Positions 1 through 9,185 of a stretch of DNA of 47,779 bases are shown here, piece after piece. A program made the position numbers and the translations under genes. Source of the DNA: Piedraia hortae CBS 480.64 (lineage: Eukaryota); contig MU006035.1 in NCBI GenBank assembly GCA_010093745.1, forward strand, positions 1 through 47,779, in the 5' to 3' direction. How positions within the stretch are numbered: the first letter of the stretch is position 1; each line of letters starts with the position of its first letter. Below the pieces are notes generated by a model that worked only from the letters and a program-made list of their open reading frames with translations, did not search any database and was not told the origin of the DNA.

Positions 1-254
1 GAAAGCAAACATCGCAGGCGAATTTTTTCGACCCCCTCCAGAATCTCCCAAAACACCTCTCCATGTACTCCAGAACACTCTACGATCATTTTGACGTGTT
101 TTTCGACCAAACATTTTTTTCAAACATCGGGGGCCCGCCGATGTTTGCTCATTATGCTAGGACCCCTCCAGGGCACTTTGCCATGCTCTACAATGCTAGG
201 GAATCCATTTTTCCCAACCAAAGGGTTTACGCCCAAAACCCTTTGCTCATTGGG

Positions 255-1721
255 CTATGCAGGTGTTGTTGGAGCGTCCGATGGCTCTGGCGATCCTTCA
301 TGATCATCATCCTGGACCTTTCTCCATACTTGGGGGCTTTGCTTCTTTTCACCCTTTTCCTTTGTTTCGGGTCGGATGAGGATAGACGCAAGGGGATTGT
401 TGCTGCCCTTTGACATGGACGCGTTCTCCAAACTTGGTTCTTCGGGCGCCACGGGCTGATCTTCTAAGCGCTCATCCATCCTCAGCTCCTGTATGGTTTT
501 TACGACTTTGCCACTAGTAACATCTATCGAGGCCACAATTTTTCGCTTCTCATGGCCTGGTCTCGCATGCCATTCCATTTCCCGCAGCAGTTGTTGCTGT
601 CGTAGGATCTGCTGCGCTTTCTCAGCAGGTGATGCCCACATGTTTGTGCCAGAGGATGGTATTTCAAAGTCGGCGGCTTCATCGTGAATACGAGTGCGCC
701 TGGTGTTGTTCGCTTGATAGGAGAGAAGTCTGTCCCGATGCGCCCTTGCTAATGATTCATCGTCTGAACCGGATGGTGTGTACATGTTTTGCTTTCGGCC
801 AGAGTACATCCGAGGTTCGCTGGTGATAAGTTCGGCTTTCTTGAAAGCCGCATTAGTCACCCTTTGTCTTTCAGCCCCTCGCTCTGCTTTAAGTATCTTC
901 AATACCCTTGCAAGGTCTTCTCGTGCCAGCAACGGCGCATGGCAAAACGTGCATGGGCCCAAGCCCTGTTTTACACAAATGATTTGTCCACATCCCAGGC
1001 AATTCGGTGCTATCTCGAGGAGTGGATGATTAGTAGCCATACACTGGCACTTTCTTTTCTGGTCATCAGTATCTGTAAGCAACGGATTTGTTTGCATCTC
1101 CAGACTTTTAATGGCGGAATCCAGGTCGTCCAGTGTTGTAGAAGCACCACGCATGGCCAAGCCACCCGATATGTTGACTTTTATTGCGCGAGGATGCCTC
1201 GCGAGTGACGCCGGTCGTGGTTTGGACCGCAAATCCTCCAGCAATGGGCCAGCAGCCGATGGTGGGGCCTTATCTGCTTGGGCGGGTGGCAATGTTTTAA
1301 GAGTCAGGTTTTGACTAGTTTTGTCCTGTTTGTTTTGTTTGGCGGATCCTTTCATGTAGTCTTCTAACTCGCTCTTCCGGTAACCAGGTTCTCCAGCTTC
1401 TATTTGTCTGGCTGGTAAAGTATGAAGAGGTTTCTTTTCTTTCTTGGCCCGCCCTTTGGTTGAGCGTTGCGGCCTCTCTCCTGGTGATGGTCCACGAGTC
1501 TCGGGCTGCTTTCGATGATTGCCGAGTCTTCGCATGTTAAAGGATGCAACGAACTCCAGCACCGGTGGACCATCGCCGAGTAGCCCCTCGAAATGCTCGG
1601 CGGCAGCGGAAGGGGGCATGGAGGCTGCATAGTTGATGACTTCCATAAGACTGTCGTCATCAAGTGGAAGAAGGGACTTTAAGGCAGGTACTGCCCACTG
1701 CACAAGCTCTGCAGATGCCAT
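255..1721 (-). CDS. RQT4: C2HC5 zinc-finger protein, TRIP4/ASC-1/Rqt4 family (ribosome quality control trigger subunit)
   Basis: 488-aa ORF with CQCMATNHPLLEIAPNCLGCGQIICVKQGLGPCTFC (zf-C2HC5) and the family block AHRDRLLSYQ..RRTRIHDEAADF..W. Confidence 0.85.
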   Translation of the reverse strand: MASAELVQWAVPALKSLLPLDDDSLMEVINYAASMPPSAAAEHFEGLLGDGPPVLEFVASFNMRRLGNHRKQPETRGPSPGERPQRSTKGRAKKEKKPLHTLPARQIEAGEPGYRKSELEDYMKGSAKQNKQDKTSQNLTLKTLPPAQADKAPPSAAGPLLEDLRSKPRPASLARHPRAIKVNISGGLAMRGASTTLDDLDSAIKSLEMQTNPLLTDTDDQKRKCQCMATNHPLLEIAPNCLGCGQIICVKQGLGPCTFCHAPLLAREDLARVLKILKAERGAERQRVTNAAFKKAELITSEPRMYSGRKQNMYTPSGSDDESLARAHRDRLLSYQANNTRRTRIHDEAADFEIPSSGTNMWASPAEKAQQILRQQQLLREMEWHARPGHEKRKIVASIDVTSGKVVKTIQELRMDERLEDQPVAPEEPSLENASMSKGSNNPLASILIRPETKEKGEKKQSPQVWRKVQDDDHEGSPEPSDAPTTPA

Positions 1722-1886
1722 GATATTAATGATATCCTTTGTCTGCTGCTTACCTCAGGTGGAGCGGGCCGCCAGACGGTGCGGACCGCGCAGGCGAAGG
1801 GAACGGGCCGTGAGATATACCAATATGTTTTCTGAACGATTACTCGTATCATTTGCAGACTACAGAGCACCTACAGCATGCAGCCC

Positions 1887-2866
1887 CTATGAATGTGAAC
1901 TTTCGCGCAAAGTGTCCCCAGGAAAGTCGGTCTGCGTGGATGCATCGCGCATCGCGGGACGCAGGCGCCCAGCATCGCCATTATCTAGCTGGTCAGCACA
2001 GGCCAAAGTTAACGAGAAGACAAGCTTACCGATCGTACCATCGTAAGGGCGTACTTCGGACTGAGACGGCAATGTCGGTGTGTTGGGCTCGTCGGCGCGC
2101 TTGTCTCCGGGTGTTGCGGTCATGGCGGCAGTCGACGGGGTCGCGTAGGCCGACTGCTGGTAGCCCTGCGGAGGAGGCGGGTACTGCTGACCCTGCTGCT
2201 GGCCTTGTTGATTTGACTGGCCCGATTGACCCTGCTGGTTCTGCTGGCCTTGGGATTGGCCCTGCGGCTGTGCAGCGAAAGATCGATCACCGGGCTGCGG
2301 AAGAGGCTGACCATAAGCGCCATAAAGCTGGGTGTTTGGCGGCGGCCCCTGACCGCGCCAGACGGTGTGGGCAGGGACAAAGGCTTGCGTCTGCGCGTTG
2401 ACGGGCGTGAAGACGCATTCTTGTTGGAAGCGCTGGCAGTGGGTGCAGCGTCCGTCCTCGCTCGTGTCAAAGCCTGAGCAACGAATCTTGCGACGACGAC
2501 AGTAGCGGCACGCTATGGCGGTGCGCTGGCGCGGAGCCGGCTGCGACGGGGGGTACGGCAGCTGCTGCGAGGGAGCATAAGCAGACGAAGAGTACATTTG
2601 AGCCGGGCCAGGGAGCGAGCGATACTGCTCGGGATGCTGAGGCTGAAGGGTTTGCATCGCGGGCACCTGGGCGACAGCCTGAGAGATGGGCGGAATCTGC
2701 GATAAAATGTCAATGCGTCGTCTAGGTTGGGCGCAAATCAACTAACCTGGTTCGGTCGCTGGAATTGCGCGTTGGACGGCGGTGGCGACCACTGCGCCTG
2801 AGCCTGGGTGGTGGCCGGCGCGGCACTTGGAGTCCACTGCGACGTGTGGGCTGGCGATTGATACAT
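1887..2866 (-). CDS. Zn(II)2Cys6 transcription factor with Q/P-rich regions
   Basis: ACRYCRRRKIRCSGFDTSEDGRCTHCQRFQQEC binuclear cluster. ATG at 2866 (MYQSPAH). A 50-nt GTTAGT..CAG intron at 2697-2746 joins NQ|IPP in frame. A possible in-frame ~45-nt intron near 1985-2029 leaves the 3' structure uncertain. Confidence 0.8.
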
Positions 2867-4659
2867 GGGAGCACCCGCCGACGGTGACGGGAACGGCGGG
2901 CGGCGGGCGGCGGGCGGCGAGACGGGCGGGAGCGGCAATGCGAGCTGGGGGCGGGCCGAGGCGAGTGCGTGCAATTACACGCAGTCTTTGCAACCTTTCG
3001 GCCTCCAGGTGCAAATTTAGCGGATAATGGCTATAGAAGAGCCAGCTGGAGGGATGCGAGCGTGTTTTGTGTTGGGAAAAGTAAGAAAATGCTGGGGTGA
3101 GGGAAAGCGGGAGACCCCACGCTAGCGTCATGAAGGGGCGCGCCGCGCCGGAGCTGAGCCCGCGCCTCCCGTCCGACCCGCCCGAACCGCCCGAACCCGA
3201 GCCGTTCGCCCCGCCCCGCCCGAGCCGCGTTGCCAGCGGGATATTCTTCGGCTTGCTGCTGCACAGCTACATTTGGATAGCTAAAAAGTATGGTTGAAGA
3301 TATTGCATGACTGGCATCTCAGCAGCTGTCAGCCCGTCGCCGTCTGGCGCGGAACTCCCCTAGCCCTCCATGCAGGTAAAACGAAATTCTGTATACAACC
3401 TCGGCCATACATGGCTTGAACCAAAGGTCTAATGGAAGAGTTATTGCGCAAATTATACTTTGATCTTCTTGATCACAAGGCAATCATGACTGGATGAAAA
3501 TTGCAGATAACTTTTTCCTTATTATCCGTCTATTTTGCCGGATAGTAGGTATCCCTGCTCTCAATCTACGGGTAAGAGGACCGAAAAGACTGCTGCACTA
3601 CTTAGGCTACCCATGATGTGGATTTCGATTCCATCCTGTTGTCCATGTCCTTCTGGAATTTCAAGGTCCTTAACCAAACGGCCTGCTGTGCTGACGGATA
3701 TAATCCTTTACCTGCAGCGATAAGCCGGCGTCTTGAGTATTGTATCGTTCTGCAGATGCTTACTGTACCCGCGCTGACGCTCGCATTGCTGCTGCACCCT
3801 GCTAGCTAAAAGCTGATATCTCATCTACTGCTATGACTACTTGAAACCAGTGCTCTTTCAAACGTAGCACGAGTTCTGATTCTGATAACATTGTCACCAT
3901 GGGCTATCCCAAGTAGGTAAAGGATCCGAGGTACAGGAGTAAGGAGCATTGTTCCACGATTCCAAATGATCCCAGAACAATAATGCTACACCCAGTGTGA
4001 CTCCTGGACCAAGACCTCATGGCTGCATCTAGTTTTTGGCTAGAGAGCAATGGGGTGGAAGCGTGGTTAGGACAACAAACTGGACAATCAGTTTGATTGG
4101 TGGAAATAGTCCAGTGTTGACTAAGCCAACTGCCCAGCCTCGTAGGGCGTTCGCGAGATGAAACCCATTGATCATGAGAACGACGAATCCGTCAAAATGT
4201 TCAAAAGCGTTATCACCAATGGTCAGATAGTTGGGGATCACGCGTGAATCCTCGAGCGTAATCATCTAGAGGCTGATACATGTAAACAATTTAGCTGTGG
4301 CTGAGCCTTAATGCAGCTGTTACGATCAGCGTGTGAGTCTAAGAAAGTGACAAACGATCGCGTTGGAATTGTTGCCCACATGCTTGGGTTTGCGGAGATA
4401 CCGAAGAGGCTGGCGAGGCTTATTGCGTGGCGCGAACGTTTGTCCGCTTGCTTTTCCTCTGTCAAGTGGATATGGACCGGGGAAAAAGCCTCGACGCATA
4501 GTCAACCCAATAACACACTGCTCCCTCACGGGCCGTCTCCACCTTACTCATCGGGCGCCCTGCATGCCTGGTAGTACAAGCCCGGTATAGGGTACGAGGT
4601 GCCGACTATAGTAGCAGCAGGCTCCTCGAGGCCATGTTGATTTCCACTTCCCTCCAACC

Positions 4660-6636
4660 ATGGGCACACGAACCTATGCAGAGGTTGCTCCAACCTCGAC
4701 CACTATGGCCCTCAATGCGTCCATTTTCGGGTACAGTGGACATTCTTTGGTCACTCCGCACGCGGCCCTCAAGCCCGTGTGGTGGACAGACCGCAGAATC
4801 AACGAAAAGGTGACCGAGTCCTTTATCGCTAGCAAGCTACAGCCAACGGAGCGTCCTTTTCTGTACCGTTCAGTGCATTTTGGCGAGAGCCTAACAGATG
4901 ACACCTATCTCGACTGGATTATCGATCGGGCAAAGCGGTTGTTCCTCATCCTCAACCACATTGGCGTCCCGGAGCAGATATTCGGATGTATTGACCAGTC
5001 GTGGGACGATCAGGACCTGCCTATACCAAGGGAAGCAATCAAAACAATGGATCTGTCATACGTACCAGATGAGACGCTTGATTCTGAATTCTACAAAACC
5101 CAGTTCTTGTACTTGTTACGCGAGCTCGAATCGGGCGCACACATTGACTACGGGCCAAATGAGCACATTCCCATGGACCACGTAAACACGGCTCCTCCGG
5201 CTACTGCCCTACAGGTTCACGACCGCGTTCAGGTCCCCGGTCGGCCCGAGATTTATCAACGACGGCGGTATTCCATCAGCGACAATGGCAGACGAAGGAG
5301 AGAAAGCGAAACTTCCAAGGCGTTATTTTTGCGAGAAGTCCGCCGAGCGCAGGCCATTGAGCACGAGCACATCTGTCCCATATGGGCAACATACACCTCC
5401 TCCGAGTCGGCATATACGCTGTCCCCCTTTGTCGCGGAGCACACGCTGGAAAGCTTCATGACAGCACGGGTGCCCATACAATTCAAACGCGTAGCGACCG
5501 CAAAGCGTCCCCACGTCCTTTGCGAGTGGATGCATTGTCTAGCTGATACACTTGCCTATCTGCATCACAACAAAGTCGGCCACACACCCATTTGCTCGTC
5601 TCAAATTGTCATCTGCAAGGATAACCACATCGCCTTTGCTGACGCGGGGGGATGTTTTGAGAAATTTGCCTTGCCGCATATGCGCAACCGCGAGAAATAT
5701 GAAAAAGAGAAACTCATCTACGCGGCGCCGGAGGTGCCCTCTGGGAATACAATTACCCGCAAGGCAAGCTTCAACACAATATCCTCTGAAAGGCCTATGT
5801 CTCAAGGCGACGGACGAAGCCTCACGCCCAGCACATCGCCCTCGTCGTTCAATCTGAAAGGGATATTCCCGCGAAAGAAGCGCAACAGTGCAAGCAGAAA
5901 TTCGCACAGTCCAATCATCGCACCATCCCTATCATTCTTCTCCCGCAGTCCTCCCCCTCAAAATATGCTATCCCGTCTGCCAGCCAGCCCACCTCAATCG
6001 CCTACATTCCCGCCAATATCCCCCTCAAGGATCCAATTTCCCTTTCCCCCCGATGGAGCCGGTAGCGTCACCGCCACAGCAGCCCTACAATCCCTCAAAC
6101 GCAGCGAAGTCTTCAGTCTAGGCTGCATATTTCTCGAGATCGCTACTCTAATCATCAGAGGAAAGATCAACGACCTCGCCAAGTTCCGCGCAGCGCATTC
6201 TCCAAACGGGACAACGGCAACTTATCACGCCATCCCACCAGGTAAACTCGCGGCGTGGATAGAGGGTTTGAAAGCCGATAGCTCCAAGCAGCGGATTCCG
6301 GTTGAGGGGAACGTTTTCGCCGCGTTACCGGGGATTTTGGATTTGATTCAGAAAATGCTAGCGCTTAATCCTGCGGGGAGGCCGGATGCGGCGTTTGTGA
6401 GGGATGGAATCAAAATTGCGTTGAGGGCGAGTGGGAGTTCGACCCCGCTTTGTTGTGAGAGAAAGACTTGGGTCAAGAGAGAGAAGCCACTTCCTGTTAT
6501 TGGGGAGAAGTTGAAGCAGAGAGGTCAAGTTCGTGGGAATGTCAATGTTGGATTGAAATGGCAGATTCAGCCGCAGCGGTTCGATGGCGTGGTGCAGAAC
6601 GAGTGGTGGGCTGAGCAGGATGGAGGTTGGATATGA
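4660..6636 (+). CDS. Fungal protein-kinase-like protein, probably a pseudokinase
   Basis: 658-aa ORF with kinase-fold landmarks (EHEHICPIWATY, LAYLHH, YAAPE, SEVFSLGCIFLE, KMLALNPAGRP). The HRD and DFG positions read HTP and DAG. The start could be the downstream MALN. Confidence 0.75.
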   Translation: MGTRTYAEVAPTSTTMALNASIFGYSGHSLVTPHAALKPVWWTDRRINEKVTESFIASKLQPTERPFLYRSVHFGESLTDDTYLDWIIDRAKRLFLILNHIGVPEQIFGCIDQSWDDQDLPIPREAIKTMDLSYVPDETLDSEFYKTQFLYLLRELESGAHIDYGPNEHIPMDHVNTAPPATALQVHDRVQVPGRPEIYQRRRYSISDNGRRRRESETSKALFLREVRRAQAIEHEHICPIWATYTSSESAYTLSPFVAEHTLESFMTARVPIQFKRVATAKRPHVLCEWMHCLADTLAYLHHNKVGHTPICSSQIVICKDNHIAFADAGGCFEKFALPHMRNREKYEKEKLIYAAPEVPSGNTITRKASFNTISSERPMSQGDGRSLTPSTSPSSFNLKGIFPRKKRNSASRNSHSPIIAPSLSFFSRSPPPQNMLSRLPASPPQSPTFPPISPSRIQFPFPPDGAGSVTATAALQSLKRSEVFSLGCIFLEIATLIIRGKINDLAKFRAAHSPNGTTATYHAIPPGKLAAWIEGLKADSSKQRIPVEGNVFAALPGILDLIQKMLALNPAGRPDAAFVRDGIKIALRASGSSTPLCCERKTWVKREKPLPVIGEKLKQRGQVRGNVNVGLKWQIQPQRFDGVVQNEWWAEQDGGWI

Positions 6637-6652
6637 CATGAGGTGACGATGG

Positions 6653-6698
6653 ATGTGTATATGGCTACATGTGTATATGGCTATGTGTATATGGGCTA
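6653..6698. repeat. Short tandem repeat, about 3 copies of atgtgtatatggct
   Basis: atgtgtatatggctac atgtgtatatggct atgtgtatatgggcta, just after the kinase-like stop codon. Confidence 0.8.
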
Positions 6699-7286
6699 TG
6701 AACAGAGATCTGTCCTCTCGACTGATGTATAATCATCACAAGTCCTGGCCAGCCAGTGGCCCAACGGCGCAGCACAAACAATGCAGTTGGCATCGACTCC
6801 TCAACAACATTGCATACGGCTGCACGTGCATCTACGCAGCCACATGCGTTCATGCACTCGAAAACTTGGCATCCCTGCCACCTCGGCATGCGCTCCTTTG
6901 GCCTTCGTCTGGAAGAAGGGCCTGAATCCCGGAGTAGTGGGATTAAATAGAAGGCAGCCTTGTTGACGAGAACGGGAAACGGAGACTTACGGAAAAGTAT
7001 ATCTTGAATCCGACGGTCTGGATGTCAATGAGTCGTTCCTGCGGGCTTAATTTAGTGCATGACATTTCTTATTCCAAAGTCGCAGCCTCTGGCTGAAGAT
7101 CTTCAGATGTGGCTGTTTGGTGAGGTGCTTCTCGACATCCACATGATGTGATTATTATGAAGCCGCATGGAAAAGCACAGATTTGGGAGTTGGGTAGCCT
7201 GATCTTCACAACGGTTTGGTGGATGCCAAACTTTCAAAAGCATGTTCACCATTAATTTTCATGTCCTAAAGTGCATCCTGCTGTTG

Positions 7287-8448
7287 CTAGTTGTCTGGCA
7301 TGACAACCAAATTCAAATAAGTAACCTGCGCATATATTAGCAAAAGCACTTATATCAGCTGAGATCGTACCAATGGTTTCCCACCTGCCAGCAACTCCGC
7401 TATACGCGTCAGTCCCTCACTGCCCGTAACCTCATCATCTTCCAGCTTCCTGATAACTGTATAGTTACGCAAGCGCAACAATTCAATGTCCTTGTGATCA
7501 GCATCGTAGCCCTTGGGCTTCACTTTCAAAGCATTTGAAGCATTCATCTTCAGGAACGCCTTGAGCGGTGATTTGGAGCCCCCGAAGAACGCGTCAACGA
7601 TATCCTTGTCCTTGAGCACGTTCTTGATATTCTCTGGCTGCTGATCAATGTCATTCCGCAGAGCAGCCAACGATGCAGCTTCGGGGTGCCAGAGTCCAGC
7701 GCCTGCGGGTGTCAACGAGACCCAAGGTATACGTAGATTGAGGACCTACCGACAAAGCTCCCTCCCGCGGCAATTTGCACGTAGTAGTGGGCATAGGAGC
7801 CTTTGCGGCCCGTTCGCGACCTGCTCGTTAGTCACATCCCTTATGGGGTCGGATATCTATTACCATGCAGCTGAAAAGTAAGGCTTCACAGTCAGCAGTC
7901 GGCTCCCACTTTGGCAGGCAGACATACCTTGTATGGAGTCGGATCTGAACTGAACCGTACGTCACGATATATGCGGAATATCAGGTCCTTCAGGGGAAGT
8001 TCTGGGATTGTATCATCCAATTCCATGACCTTTTCGTTTAAACAAGTAACAAACGAGCGCCAGTCTTTTTCTGCTTGACGAAAATCCGCGTCGTGCACTT
8101 GGTTCGTTAGTCGATGTCTGCTCCGCAACTGGTATACGTACTCTTCAGCCAATCTCGATCATTGTTCTCCTTTAGGTCGCCCAAGAAGCGGAGGGTGTTG
8201 GGATGGATAGAGTCGTTTTGATAGGGAACACTGCCGGCCTGTCTGGCTGCCGGGAGGTCGACAACGACTTCATGCCCTGGTCCCAAACCCGTTCGTACGC
8301 CTGGCCTCCAAAGTTCCTTCTTGGAAGGGAAATAGTCCGACTCCGTCTTGGTCGCTCTCTTGCGCTTACGTCCCACCCGTTCTTCTTCGGATTCTGACAC
8401 GCTCGCCTCCTCTTCCTCAATAACACGGTTCTTGGAACGCAGCTTCAT
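7287..8448 (-). CDS. DUF2461 (TIGR02453-like) family protein, 6 exons
   Basis: Exons 8448-8142, 8097-7928, 7883-7864, 7820-7750, 7702-7371 and 7325-7287, with 43-47 nt GT-AG introns carrying branch-site motifs. Spliced protein: FLGDLKENNDRDWLKMH..IFRIYRDVRFSSDPTPYKPYFSAAWSRTGRKG..GAGLWHPE..VTYLNLVVMPDN*. Confidence 0.85.
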
Positions 8449-8456
8449 CGTTGGAA

Positions 8457-9172
8457 ATGTCGGATTTCGCTCAAATGAAGCGGGCGATGCTCCCCGCGGG
8501 AATGCAAGAGGCTGGGGACGAAGCGCGACCAGATCGCAGTCCAGCGGGATGTATCGACGTTCAAATTCGAGACTTAGTTGACGAAATCAACGCTAAACCA
8601 GACTATATAACTACCAGTAGCTGTGCAGGGCGATGTGTAGTCTATCTGGAAGGCGGAGGGTCAAAGGGAGGTAAGGGAGGGGGACGATGGCTCTACACAA
8701 CCCATGAAGCGCATACTCTACAGCTGGATGAGCAGGACATTTGCAAGACCCTGGGTCTCTCCAACGGCCCAGCAAAATTTCCGCAGGACCCCGAAACGGC
8801 GCGATATGTACATTTCAAATTCGAGCCTATGGTGCGCACGTTTACTTCAGATCAATCCGTTGTTGGCTGACTGACACGCAGATATTACATATGCGCGCTG
8901 CGACAGTGGCGGCCGCACAGAAGGTCCTTACTGCGGCTTTACAGGCCGGTTTCAGGGAAAGTGGTGCCCAAGTTCCTGGTGGCCGTTTTCCGCTTGTGGC
9001 TGTGAGAAGCTCGGGCCTGGCGCTGGACTGCCTTGTGGGCTTCATCGAGGGCGATGTGGTCAAGCTAATGGTCGAGCCAAACTATCTGCAAACGTTGATG
9101 GGGGTCGCATCTAAAAGATTTGAACAGAACACGCTCCGTATAGAAAGGTTCAGACAAGCTCTAGCTTCTTAG
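8457..9172 (+). CDS. TYW3: tRNA wybutosine-synthesizing methyltransferase TYW3
   Basis: Motifs DRSPAGCID, YITTSSCAGR, FKFEPM|ILH, AGFRESG and VAVRSSGL. Intron 8832-8881 (GTGCGC..CTGAC..CAG). Confidence 0.9.
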
Positions 9173-9185
9173 ATTTCTATCAGTT

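Noticed and set aside
7136..7226. Possible C/D snoRNA (ATGATG at 7143, CTGA at 7199, CATCCAC/GTGGATG flanks)
   Set aside because: No rRNA-complementary guide that I recognise, the flanking stem is misplaced relative to the D box, and there is no intron context.
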